Shown here one piece after another: positions 1 through 11,830 of a stretch of 64,000 nt of DNA. The number at the start of each line of letters is the position of its first letter. Position 1 is the stretch's first letter. Under the pieces are notes generated by a model. The model did no database searches. It was not told where the DNA came from and saw only the letters and a program-made list of their open reading frames with translations. Position numbers and translations under genes: made by a program. Origin of the DNA: Vicugna vicugna (Eukaryota); assembly GCA_013265495.1 (NCBI GenBank), contig MU058669.1, positions 602,056 through 666,055 on the forward strand, in the 5' to 3' direction.

Positions 1-254
1 GCCAGTCTCCTCCAGAAAGACTTCCCTGCCAAGGACCTCCCCAAGATATGTTTTTTCCATAGGCACATTCACCCCAAGTTTAGTCATATGTACTTTTATT
101 TCCTGTGCTTTTTATATTACCAAATATTTTGAGCACATTTGTGGTTTATTAAATATTTTAATCTTATTTATAATTGCTTCATAATATTCTGTTTTAGGAA
201 AGCTCCGTAATTTATTTGATGAATCCCTTTTTATTAAGACACTCAGGTTCTTTC

Positions 255-400
255 CAAGTATTTTTGCAATGACTGAAATGGGATGCACAAGTTCTAAGCT
301 GGGGATAATCAGTACTTGGCTCATGGGTCGTTGTGCAGATTAAGTAAGTTAATATAAGGATAGCCTTTAGGAAATGAAATAAGTACTGTATATGCCAAGG
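255..400 (+). mobile_element. MIR SINE remnant
   Basis: ggggataatcagtacttggctcatgggtcgttgtgcagattaagtaagttaatata resembles the MIR core and 3' end. Confidence 0.6.
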
Positions 401-1177
401 TTATTCTGTTAGGTCTATTATTTTGATGATGCTATAGTTGCTACCATCTTATACACATCTGTGAACATGTAAGTGATTATTTCCTGGGTCAGGTCACAAG
501 GGAGAGCATTGTTAAGGCTGGTATAGAATGTGTCCACAATATATGGAGGGTGTACCCTGCCACTGACAGGGAGACCAAGAGGACAAGGGGGAGGGGTGGG
601 ATTGAGCCCCAGGCTTTGACTGGAAACATTTGTCATGATCTGACTCTGATGCCTGAGGATGTTTGGACAACGAGTTTGCCCACCTCACAGCTAAAAAGAG
701 GAAGAGTAGAGAGCATGACAACTTTAGAGAAGCCCCAGAGAGCACCTGCTAGCCCAGCACAGACAGAGTAGTTTGCCCTGCCCTCTCCAGATCATAAGGG
801 GATTTTCTCTCTTCTCCTTGCTCCTGCTATGACTAGTGAATTTGGGCCTTGGATACAAGGGAGTTGAGATAAACTTGGGTGGGACCACCGAGTCTTCAAT
901 AGCCAAAAATCTGCAATATTAGGCTGTCACTTCAAGTCAGCACCGAGGAGAGGAGCAGGGAGGGTTCATAGCTCCCTTTGTGGTCAGCCTGCCCCAAATA
1001 CTTCCTCTGCCAACTGTCTTCCATTATGGAGTTGTGACTTTGTGATTTAAAGATTATTTGCCTTTAGGATGTCCTTTATTCAACACAAATAATCAGGGAA
1101 GATAAATCTTTCGTAGAGTGATAGAAGCATAGAATTTCAGAGATAAAAGGGAGCAAGTTCCATCTGGTATTATTCTA

Positions 1178-1372
1178 CAGCAGGAATTCTCAAACATTCA
1201 TTTGTGAGTCGGAATCCTACATCAGAATTACCTGGGAGCTCAGTAAAAAGATAGATTTCTGGGTCCACAGTCTGATTCAGAGGGTCCTGAATGGGTCCCC
1301 GGAATCTGCCCCTTTAAAAATCCCCCAGGTTATTTGTGCTGATACAGGTAGGCTACACTTTGAGGAACTCTA
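1178..1372. mobile_element. MER5A-like hAT-Charlie MITE
   Basis: caggaattctcaaa...catcagaattacctgggagc...tctgattcagagggtc...ggaatctgc...tttgaggaact follows the MER5A layout. Confidence 0.7.
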
Positions 1373-1399
1373 TAATATCCCTAGCAGGTTGGTTGCCTT

Positions 1400-1590
1400 T
1401 AGTGTTGGGACCTCACCACTTCAGGAGACAGCCTATTCCATTGCAGAACAGCTCTGAGTATAAGAAAGTTCTGCCATATGTGGAGCTGCAATCTGCCTCT
1501 GTACAAATTCTACCCACTGGTCCTAACCCTATCTACTTGGACTGTGCAGAGAAAGTCCAGTTCCTCCAGACTTTGATGGGCAGGAGGACT
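1400..1590 (-). mobile_element. CR1/L3 LINE remnant
   Basis: ctcaccacttcaggagacagcctattccattgcagaacagctctg...aaagttct...aatctgcctc...cccactggtccta resembles the reverse complement of the L3 3' region. Confidence 0.6.
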
Positions 1591-2464
1591 TGAGAGTTAT
1601 GCATCCATGAGTGTTTGTGAGTCAGAGGTGCACTGGAAGGGAGCACCTAGGTCTCTGAGCTGGCTGGGCTTGAGAAACTCATTTCCCCCTCTGGCTGGTG
1701 TGGGTGCCTCCTTCCAAACCCAGAAGGAGGCATCCCCAAGTCAGAGGGCAGATTCCCTGGGAAGGAGGAAAGGAGTCCTGGGGCAGGTCAAGGGGCTGTG
1801 AAAAGGATTCCGGTGACAGGGGTGGGGCAGGTGCCTGGCCAGGCATGGTGGTGGGGGAGTTCCAGGATCCAGGTTCCAGCCCAGCTCTGCCTCTAACCCC
1901 CCAACAGATCCTGAGCGAGTCCCTGCCCTCTAGGGCCTCAGTTTTCATATCTACGCAACCATCCTTTCTGGTCCTCTTCATTCTGAAATCCCATGTTTAA
2001 AGCCCAGCTCTTTCTGATCTGACCTCCTCTTTGCTACTCTGGCAAGTTGTCTGGTGAGGGTAGCAGGAGGGGAGGTGTCAGTGTTCTCAGGAGAGAATCT
2101 CGAGACCAAGGCTGAGAAGCAGCATGTGAGCCGTCCAGCAGAGTGGCCCTTGTGAACGCAGGGTAGGGATGAGTCATGAAGAACAGAGAGGTAGACCTTA
2201 GTGGCCGTCCCTGCTCTGAAACAAGGGGTCCCAGGCTGCAGGTCCTGGGAGACTGTGCTCATGGGGCTGGAGGCACCCTCCCTGTGGGGCTCTGCCTGAG
2301 GAGGGGAGCCCTCCAGGCTTGTGGGCTGTTTGAGGCCCGGCTGAGGGAGACAGAGTAGGAAAACCAGGAGGGTCAAAGGGTCCTTATTCTGCACCCCACC
2401 CTGGGTCACCAGCTGACCCATCTCCTTTTGTTGGGGGATACCGGAGGTTTTAGGCAAAGAGAAC

Positions 2465-2610
2465 CCTATATGAGTGCTGACTCTCTGTGAATTTTGGGGA
2501 AATTCCTCTCACCTCCCTGAGCCTCTGTTTCTTCATCTGTCTAGTGAGCTAGCAATACTGACCTCATGGGGCTGCCCGTCATAGAAGGCAATGTCCATAA
2601 ATACCGTCTG
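2465..2610 (+). mobile_element. MIR SINE remnant
   Basis: ccctgagcctctgtttcttcatctgt...aatactgacctcatggggctg is a MIR core. Confidence 0.6.
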
Positions 2611-3129
2611 TAAACCAGAACGTGCCAGGAAGATGCCAGCTGCTGTCAGTCTATTTGTTCTCAGGTTAGTGTGCACAGAAGCAAGAAATCTCAGTCAAGA
2701 TGGATTCTGTCCTAAAGTGCCAGTTCCTGGGTTCTGGATTACCTGGGATTTTTTTCCCTCTTTAACCTAGGTATGACCTTGCAGGGGCTATGTCTCAGAG
2801 TGTGACAGCTGAAGGAGCCAGCTCAACAGGAAACTATCCCCAGAGTTGCCATAAGTCTGATTAGGATTTACAGGAAAAGAAATTGTCTGTCAGAAAGTCT
2901 GGAGCCCCAGGCCAAGAATACTGGGGTGAGAGGCCATGGCAGCATGAGCAGAAATGGCTACCAGGGACCGTACCTATGGGGGTTGTTAAAGTGAGAATGG
3001 CCAAAATCAGGCATGCCATATGGACAGACATCATTACACACACCAGGTGCTCAGCATCCTTTCCCGCAGCCCACACCAGCCCAAAGTTGCCCCAGCCTGT
3101 ATGGTGCTTAGCAGAGGCCCCAGGTTTAG

Positions 3130-3574
3130 GCCTTTACGGTTTAGTTTAACGCACCACGCGTAAAACCTCGGTTTCCATGGTGTTTGGCTCCATCTTCTGG
3201 TCAGTCATGATCACTGCAGCTTTTTGCAGTGTTGCCATCCACTGTGGACATCAGGTAATGTCGAGGCTTTCAGGAGAGTGGGGCGGGATCCTTGCTGACC
3301 CAAGGGGCAGGAGGTGTGGGTTGATTCACAGCTCTGCCACTGAGCAGGTTGGGTACCTTGAGTCCATCTCTTACTGCCTTTATGGTTTAGTTTCTGCACC
3401 TGTAGCTTAGAAAACGCACCACTCACAAGACCTCGGTTTCCACGGTGTTTGGCTCCATCTTCTGGTCAGTCCTGATCAATGCAGCTTTTTGTAGTGTTGC
3501 CATCCACTGTGGCCATCCGGTAATATTGGGGCCTTCAGGAAAATTCTGGCTGTTCTAGGGGTTGAGGGTGTGGA
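3130..3574. repeat. Old local direct duplication (copy A ~3130-3320, copy B ~3376-3574)
   Basis: cctcggtttccaYggtgtttggctccatcttctggtcagtcMtgatcaMtgcagctttttgYagtgttgccatccactgtgg occurs twice; the offset changes from 246 to 265 across a 19-nt indel. Confidence 0.9.
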
Positions 3575-3699
3575 AGGGCAGTACCAGAGTTGACCTGAAA
3601 GTACAGGAAATTACTATGGCCTCTGGGTCACACGGGCTCTCTGCTGCTAGTGACTGGATGGAGACTCAGGGAGGCAGCCAATGCGGGGAAGCTCCCGGG

Positions 3700-3845
3700 G
3701 CCAGTAGGAAGGACATTGGAGACCACAGAGTCTAACCCCACCAAGTACAGATAGGGAAACTGAGGCCTTGGGAGACGCAGGGACTCGCTCCAGGCCACAC
3801 ACTTAGGTTCTAGGTCTCCTGACACTGTAATCCACTGGCTTCCCA
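3700..3845 (-). mobile_element. MIR SINE remnant
   Basis: tacagatagggaaactgaggcc...gactcgctccaggccacaca is a reverse MIR core. Confidence 0.6.
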
Positions 3846-4871
3846 TCTGCCTGGCTGCCTCCCCTTTCTCTGAGTCTATCCCAGGTCACTTCTTCCCATC
3901 CTCCTGAGACAGGGTCTGCTCAGTAACTGCACTGCCCCATCTACTTGCTCCACCACAGCCCACCCTCTGCTTGTCCTGGCTCCAGCCCTGACTGAGTGGG
4001 GTGGTCTCTCCACCTCCCCACGCCAGGGTTTTCCCAGAGGAATGTGGGGCACAGAAGGAAGAGGGAGGTGGAGACCTGCACCTCCTCCAGCTCTGCCCCT
4101 CTTCCAGACCAGCCTTTCTGAAACTCAGTTTCCCCATTCAACACACAACCAGCCACAACACCGGATTGCTGAGATTAAATGAATAGTTGCTGTAAGGATG
4201 CTTTGTGGATTCTTGAGCCTTCTATTAAAGCATTAAATTTCCAGATCTGTCTGGGTCCTCCCCATGCCAAATAGGACTCCAGGTACTAATTGGGCTAATT
4301 GGGACCCAATTAGCCCACAGACTATGGGACCCCCCTCAGGAGGAAGAATGAGCTGTTTTTCTAATATGGCTTTATGTTCTGAGGCTTCCTGGCGGAGTCT
4401 AGGGTTGAACTCCTTCCTCCTGCCCAGATCCTGCTCATTTCTGGAAGATGAGTGAGTTCGAGTCTAAAAGAGTACCTTAGAGACACTCCCAATGACCCAG
4501 AAGCTAGCTTTTGGAAGCCCAGGAGCTGTAATGGCAGAGGCAGAAGAGGATCAGTCGGTCCTAGTGTCTTCCCTTTCCTTGCCTGGATGTCAGATCCATG
4601 GCCTCTAGTTTAATGAGTGAGGCCCAGAGAAGGAGATTGGGGAAGAGGGGAAACCCTTCCTGCTTGGGTCTTGAGCTCCCAGTACAGTCTTGATTCTGTA
4701 TGAACTTCAGAGAGCTGGAGAAACAGGAGGCAAGAAGGGATGCTTGAGGTCATCCAGAGCATCCCTGCCTTTCTTGCATGCCCCCCAAAGCGGGGAGATC
4801 ACTACTTTTCTAGGAAGCCTACTTCCTCTTCAGGCAGCTCTAACCATTTGAAAAGTCCCACTCAGTGAGTC

Positions 4872-5010
4872 TAGAGGGTGGTTCTGAGACCACTTGCATT
4901 GCAGTCACCTGGGATGACTTGCAGAATCAAACCATCTGGGACAGGCCTGTAACCTGCATCTCTAACAGCCTTGGCGGGTGAGAAGGCACGGTGAACTTCA
5001 GGAAGCACAG
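4872..5010. mobile_element. MER5A-like MITE remnant
   Basis: gtggttctgaga...cagtcacctggg...cagaatcaaaccatctggg...acctgcatctctaaca. Confidence 0.55.
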
Positions 5011-5184
5011 CTTCACCTCTGTTGCACCAGGAATGACAGCCCCTGACGCTCAGCGTCTGCCCTCGAGATAGCTCCACTGACCGTTTCTGACTGGATGTGG
5101 TTTTCTCTTTTCTCAATGTTCTGCTCTGATACTTTCTACGTTCTTCTCTCTTTTTCCTGGTCTCCAGGCCTCTTTTGTAAATAG

Positions 5185-5350
5185 AACGTCATAGGATTTG
5201 GGGGCTAGAAGTGTTCTTAACAGACCACCTTATCCAACTCCTCATTTTATAGATGGAGTATTTGAGACTCAAAGAGCGGAGTGTCTTACCCGAGGTCACC
5301 CAGCTGTTCCGTGGAAGCTGATAGGAGACCCAAACCTGTGATTCCTAATG
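5185..5350 (-). mobile_element. MIR SINE remnant
   Basis: cctcattttatagatggagtatttgagactcaaagag...cttacccgaggtcacccagct. Confidence 0.65.
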
Positions 5351-5689
5351 CATTCTCTTCCCCCCATGTGGTTCTGTCCGGCTGTCAAATCTGCCTTGTA
5401 GGGTGAATGCACATTCCAGGCCCTTAGGTGAATCCACTGTGACATTATCACATGACTCTCCCTGGCCAAAACTGATTAGACCAGGAGTGGTCATCTGATC
5501 TCTGAATTGGGTCAGTCAGATTTTCTCTTAAAAGAGAGTTGTTGCTGAGGGTCAAAGCTGCTACTGAGTGCTAGGGCTAAGAGGTCAGGCAGAGTCCAGG
5601 GTTGGGGATTGGGGTGGCAAGTTGTGTACCATGTATGCTGAGCAGATAGACAAACATGACCGGCAGAGAGAAACACACCAGAAGTGGGA

Positions 5690-5940
5690 GATTGCACAGT
5701 GAGAGAGAGAGAGGGAAAAAGGGAGAGAGGGTGAAAGAAATTGCAATAAAGATCAGAGAGAGACAGAGATGCACATACATACAAAGAGATGGAGAGAGGC
5801 AGAGAGATATAAACACAGAGACACACAGAGACATAGAGGGAGGGACTGGACTAGGGATGTGGGCGAGAAAGAGAAAGAGAGAAAGATTGATTTAGAAAGA
5901 GACAATGAAAGAGAAAAAATCAGGGAGACAGAGACACAGC
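5690..5940. repeat. Degenerate (GA)/(GACA)-rich simple repeat
   Basis: Purine-rich run gagagagagagaggg...agagacagagat...gagaaagagaaagagagaaag. Confidence 0.8.
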
Positions 5941-6628
5941 CAATGGTACTTGCTATTTGTTTTTTCCCAAGGTCTAGTTGCCCCATGCCCTCTCTTCTCC
6001 CTGTCCCCTCTGCCCTTGCTTGCCATTCCCAAGAAGCCCCGGAATCTTTTCCCAACCATCTTTACACCTGAGTGAGCTTCAGCCGGTTTCTGCCTCTAGC
6101 AACGATGAGATTCCCAACCAGCCCGGCCCCAGAGGGGGCTTTGGGGGGTGTGTGGGGGGCTCAGAGCTCTGCCGGGGAGCAAATGTTGCAGGCTGGGGAA
6201 GCAAATGCTGCATTCTGCTCAACAGACCACCTGTCACATCTCGTTACCTCCAGGACATGGAGATGACTCTATTCCTCGGCAAACTGCAGCAGAGCCGCCA
6301 GCTCCTGGTGGTTGGCTGATCTCATGTCTGCAGTAGCCTTCCTGGGAGCGGACCCCCTGCTGGTCCAGAGCTGAGTTAATGAGGCTCAGGCTGTGCTCAC
6401 TGGCACCCCCAGGCCTGCGCTCACCTGATGGCCTTCCTTGCCTGGGCCTGTCTTCTCTGTCCAGGCCAAGCCCCACTCGCCTTTCCCCTCCTCCAGGAAG
6501 CCTTCCTAACGGCTGACCCTCCAGCACACACTAATCCTTCTCTTTCTGCACATTCCCAGTGCCTGTCTTCTCTCTTTTGTCCTGTACGCATATTGCTCCA
6601 TAATTATGTCACATAAAGGGCTATTACT

Positions 6629-6712
6629 GGGACAGGTGGTATATAGCTCAGAGCACATGCTTAGCTTGCACGAGGTCTGGGTTCAATCCCCAGTACCTCC
6701 ATTTAAAAAAAA
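6629..6712 (+). mobile_element. Vic-1-like tRNA-derived SINE (camelid)
   Basis: tagctca A-box remnant, gggttcaatcccc B-box, gcacatgcttagc body and A tail; direct repeat gggctatta on both flanks (TSD). Confidence 0.85.
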
Positions 6713-7404
6713 GGGGGGGCTATTATTCTGAGTTATAATAAGCCCATTGAGCTTACCATGGGCATGGAAATCACTAAATTTGTATTGTTTTGGATAATTG
6801 GAGCTGTTCGTAATATAGAAGGTTATTTGGATGCTATGAATCTCCCAGCAAGTTTATCTAGTAACTCATTTGATCCTCATGATTGTTTACAGACCAGGAA
6901 CCAGAGGCACAGAAAAGTCACTTGCTAAAAGGTTATGTCTCTAGTCAAGGGCAGAGGGCAAAGGAGATTTCATGGCAGATTCCTCCCCCTTCCCACTTGG
7001 CTGGCCAGTGCCTAACAGGCCACCATTGGAATTTTGCTTTAAAGCTGCAGTTCCTATAAGATACAGATACTTCTTTTTAACGAAGTGAGAAAAAGCTCCC
7101 AGACCATCATGAGTTGCCTCCTTGAGAGACAGACATTTGAATAACCAGTGCCCTCTGGTTTGCTAATATGTCCTATGGGATGCTAGTTCCTTGGGATGTT
7201 AAATAGCTTTTACTTAAAAAAAAAAAAAAAAAAAGGAAAAAAGGCAATTAAGTGTGGGAAACTGTTAAGCTGTTGTCCTGTTCTTTACAGCATGACTGCT
7301 CAGTGCCTTAGCATGGGGGGAGTGGGGAGCACCGTGGGTCTCTAAGAAGGGGAGAAATGTGTTATATTCACATTTGACCCTGGCCTCCGTTCTTAAGGTC
7401 ACCT

Positions 7405-7510
7405 CACCAATCAGGCTTCCACGGACCCTTTTTGTAGAAGCGCTGCCTGGACTCACTGGATAACCAAGTCACCACAAACCACTTCCGGTTTGTCATTGCT
7501 TCCTGTGGAC
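7405..7510. promoter_or_regulatory. Candidate RUNX/ETS composite regulatory element
   Basis: CCAAT near 7407, then caccacaaaccacttccggt (two RUNX-like sites abutting a consensus ETS site) and a second gcttcctg; motif-only evidence. Confidence 0.35.
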
Positions 7511-8573
7511 ACATAACTGGCTGTCCTTCGTTTGCATTTGGTGGCTCTGCCTACCAGGTGGCTTCTCAGGTCGGCAAGACAGACTGACCCAAACTACTCA
7601 CCTTGTCCTGCCTGGACTCCCTGTCACCGACCAGCTTCCTTTACAGGGTCAGGACCCCCGGTCCCTCCTGTCCTTGCCTGACCTCACTCTTCAGCGCCTC
7701 CAGGGTACTAGGACCTGGAGGGGTGCCTGGGGGGATCACAGCCTGTCCCTGGCTTAGGGGGTCTGCTTGAGTGGATCAGATGGACACTCAGGGAAGGGGA
7801 GGGACAAAGGATGGAGGGAGAGCCCACTTCTAGCTGCATGGTGGGGTGGGGGAGCTGGGATTCTGGGAGGCCACCCAGGGAAGGTCCACTCAGAGCTGGG
7901 CCTGGAAAGATGACAAGAGAAGATGTGTGGAGCTTGCAGTTCAGAACAGGCAGAACTCCTGGAGTGCCCTGACAGGTGCCCTGACCCCCTTGACCCCTCT
8001 CTGGCTGTGGAGACTGGTAGAGCCTGAAGCAGCTGCTAAGAAGGGGTTCCAGGCAGGTGAGGCCGCCAGGGCCCCAGGATGGGAGGTGTCCTCCTTGCTC
8101 TCCTCCTCCATGGCTGACCCTCAGCAAACCTGGCAGGGAGGCAGCATCTGTGTCTGGGAATCTGGAGGCGGGGGCCAGGTTTGTCTTGTTCTTACTGTCC
8201 CCCCAGCACCTGGAGAGGGACCCTCGGACTTTGCTGGGTGAATGGCCCTCCATCCCTTTTCTCCCTGCTGTGCTTTCCATTTGCCCAGGACCTTGTTCTG
8301 GCCCCTACCTGTGAATCTACTGTGGAGTGAGCTGCCCCAGAAACAGTGTTGTGTTCACATGGAGCTCTTGAAGAGCAAAAAGACTTGAAGGTTCACAAGT
8401 GGGTTTTCAAGAATCAAGCATCCTGAACTGTCAGGGTCAACTGAGCATCGGTAGGGCGCCGGGTACCCAGAATGACAGCCGGTCAGGACTGTGACTACGA
8501 GCCAGACCAGCAGCAGAGGGAGCCTTCTATGTAAGTATTGCTGAGTTCCTTTGTGAATAACATCAGTCATGCA

Positions 8574-9598
8574 CGGTTGTCCCCTCTTATCCTTGGTTTC
8601 GCTTTCCGCAGTTTCCATTACCCATGGTCAACTGAGGTCCAAAAATATTAAGTGGAAAATTCCAGAGGCAAATTGTTCATAAGTTTGAAATTGTGCACTG
8701 AGTATTGTGATGAAGCCTTACATTGTCCCACTTGGTCCTTCCAGAACGTGAATCGTCCCTCTGTCCAGCTATCCTGCCCGTTAGTCACTTAGTAGCTGAA
8801 TTTGTTATCAGATCAGTTGTTGAGGTATCATGGTGCTTGTGTTCAAGTCACTCTTTAAAAAAGTTTTTTACTGAAGTATAGTTGATTTACAATGTTGTGT
8901 TAGTTTGTGGTGTACAGCATAGTGATTCAGTTATACAAATAAGTGTTCTTTTTCATTATAGGTTATTACAAGCTATTGAATATAGTTTCCTGTGCTATAG
9001 AGTAGGTCCTTGTTGTTTATTTTATATGTAGTAGTTAATATTTGCATATCTCAAACTCCCAATTTATTCCTCCCCTCTCCTTTCCCCTTTGGTAACCATT
9101 AGTTTGTTTTCTATGTCTGTGTATCTGTTTCTGTTTTACAAATAAGTTCATTTTTATCATTTTTAAGAGTTCACGTGTAAATGATACCATATAATTGTCT
9201 TTCTCTGTCTGTCAAGTCATTTTTATTTTACTGAGTTATGGCCCCAAAGCCCCAGAATAGTGATGCTGGAAATTCAGATCTGCCAAAGAGAAGCCATAAT
9301 GTGCTTCCTTTATGTGAAAAAGCAAAGTTCTTGACTTAATAAGGAAAGATAAGAAATTATATACTGAGATTTATGGTGAGAATGAATCTCCTATCTGTGA
9401 AATTGTGAAGAAGGAAGAAGAAATTTGTGCTAGTCTTACTGTTGCAGCTCAGATTGACAAAGTTACGACCACAGCGCATGATAAGTGGTTAGTTAAGATG
9501 TAAAAGGCAGTATAAATAGGATTCAGCACTCTCCGTGGTTTCAGGCATCCACTGGGGGTCTTGGAACAGATCCCCTGTGGATAAAGGGGGAGCCCTTG
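8574..9598 (+). mobile_element. Tigger7/MER44 (TcMar-Tigger) internally deleted DNA transposon, interrupted by an L1
   Basis: Degenerate TIRs cggttgtcccctcttatcc / ggataaagggggagcccttg; transposase start at 9238, MAPKPQNSDAGNSDLPKRSHNVLPLCEK, then a frameshift. Confidence 0.85.
8852..9210 (-). mobile_element. L1 3' end inserted into Tigger7
   Basis: actgaagtatagttgatttacaatgttgtgttagtt...gtacagcatagtgattcag is a reversed L1 3'UTR; tcaagtca repeated on both sides (TSD). Confidence 0.85.
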
Positions 9599-11669
9599 CA
9601 TCAGAAAGTGCACAGATTCTGGAGTCCAGCTTGCTTCAAGTCCCAGGCCCACTGAGGACAGTGTGAACCTGGTTAGGACTTGCTCCAGCCTTTGATTCCT
9701 TCTCTGTAGGAAAAGGAGACCGCCTACCTAAACAGATGATTGTACTCAGTGAGACAAGGCTTGCCAAAGTCCTGTGCTAGTTAACCAGCCACTGCCGCAC
9801 AAGGAAAGTGACCACCCTATCTAAGGTGCTCCAGACCCTGGGCCCTCTGAACAGAGGTTCTTATGGGGTTTTTAGTTCCATATGCTTTCTATGTCGCTCT
9901 GAAACTCACTTCTCTGTAACACTCTCCCCTCTTCACACTGGGTTTTCATATTTCCCCCGAGCCTTCCGTTTCAGTGTGACGGCCTTTCACATAACCTCAA
10001 GGGCATTGGTTGCATCAGCAATCTGAAGCCTGGTTTCCACGTCTGTAAAATGGCCACACGTTGGTTCCTGCACCACAGAGAGATTTTTGAGGACAAGTGA
10101 GAGAAGGTGTCTACATGTGTAGGATGCACATGTTCATAATACGGATATTACAGGTCTCTGCATTTCCTAGCAGAGCCTGGCTCACAGGCTCCTTATTTAA
10201 ATGCCTGGCATTTCTAACCCCATTGCCCTGCTCCACACCAAATTGATATTATTTCTCACCGGGGAGATTAGAGAAGGCTTCCTTGAGCAAGGGAGACATG
10301 AGCTGGGCTTGCAAGGCCTGGAGAATTTCCAGAATTATGCAAGAGTGGGCATGAGCTTGGATGGCGTGGAGGGAGGTTTGGCACATAGGAAAAGAGGTGG
10401 AAAGTTTTGAAGTTTGCTCAGGGGACGGAGAGGAGGCCAACTTAGCCTGAGTTGGTTTGTTGAGGGAACTAAAGGGAGATAAACCTGAATGAGTAGGGTG
10501 GGGATCTGGAATCTTAAAAATTAGAGCTGGAGGAGGCCCAGGGGTCATCTGGCCCAGTCTCTTGCCTGCAGTGGGAATACAAATGTGTGACTTGGTAGTA
10601 ATAAGAGAGATGATCTGTGGTTCGACTCTGCTGTGTGTTCTTGGGCAAATTACATATAATCTCTGATCTGGATTTCTCCTTTGTGTAATGGAAATACTAA
10701 TCTTTGCCCCGCCTGTCTGTAAGTGTCATGAGGATCTAGTGAGCTTTGGCTGAGGATTCACTAAGAGATGCTGGCAAAGGGCTCTCTTTTCTTCTGTGGG
10801 CCTTGATTTTCCTGTCTGCAAAATGAAGACCCCATCTGTCTCCAGGGTGCAGGGAGGCCGTGAGTCCAGCCAGGAGACTGGCACCCCAGAGGGGAGAGGA
10901 AGGCTCTGGGGAGAGAGGCTCTGCTGCTCTGGGCACAACCATGAATCTTCCCCCGTCTTGCCAGCAACTTCTCAGAAAGGACCAGCCTATTGTGGTGGCT
11001 GCAATGGGTCCCAAAGCTGGAGTCTCTCTCCTCCCTCTTACTTGGTGGGATGGGTTACACAGCTTGCAGGTGAGGAGCTCCTGTGGGAGTTCAGAGTCAG
11101 GCTCACCTGCCCTGCGTACCCAGCCCCTGGGCATCTTGGCCCTTCCTGGAGGAAGGGGCTCGGGAGCCATGCTTGCTCCTCCTCTGTCCCCGTCACCTCT
11201 CCCCATCCCCTGCTGTTCTGACCACCCCTGCTTCTCCTGTCAGCACTGGCATTACAGTTTCCAAAGTGCATCCCCCCCTACTCCCACTGTGAGGCCCACC
11301 AGGCAGGACTCTTGGCCACATTTCATGGGTATGGAAACAGAAACTGAGAGAGGCCAAAGGACAGGCCCTTCTGGTAGCATCAGAAATAAATCTCCTGCCC
11401 TGGGGATCTTCGCACTGTGCCGGTGACTCTAAAACTTGGACTGTGAGAATCACATGGGACTAAGGTGCAGACTCCTAGGCCATCATCCCCAGAAGGCAGA
11501 TCCAGAGCAACTTCAGTGGGAAATGAGGATCTGTATTTGTGACAAGCACTCAGGGATGATGATTCACCCTGGAGCTTGACCCCTGCACTGTACCTCACCT
11601 TCTAAATCCCAGGGGTGTGGGGCTGTGGGAGGAGAGGACCAGAGGAAATGACTTCTCATCATGTCAGGG

Positions 11670-11830
11670 ACTTTACATGTATTATTACCCTAGAAGGAGA
11701 CATTATTATTCCCATTTCATAGATGAGAAAATTGAGGTTAAACAGTTTATCCAGTCTCACAGCTGGTAAATAGAAAAGCTGAGCTTTGAACTTGAGTCTT
11801 ATAGCGCCAGAGCCCAAATCTCTTTCACCC
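11670..11830 (-). mobile_element. MIR SINE (duplicate at ~16927-17087)
   Basis: attattattcccatttcatagatgagaaaattgaggtt...tcacagctggtaaatag. Confidence 0.7.

Noticed and set aside
6629..6712. tRNA-like sequences (also 13508, 18765, 25366)
   Set aside because: A-rich tails, flanking direct repeats and degenerate stems indicate SINEs, not tRNA genes.
7708..8314. 190 aa and 131 aa ORFs
   Set aside because: No recognisable homology; typical chance ORFs of GC-rich sequence.
8471..8536. Plus-strand ATG frame ending at T|GTAAGT near the start of the duplication
   Set aside because: Single donor with no supported acceptor or partner exon; peptide unrecognised.
10736..11426. Overlapping 141-188 aa ORFs, repeated at 15993-16683
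   Set aside because: GC-rich, P/S/G-biased, open on both strands and with no recognisable domain; the repetition is just the tandem duplication.
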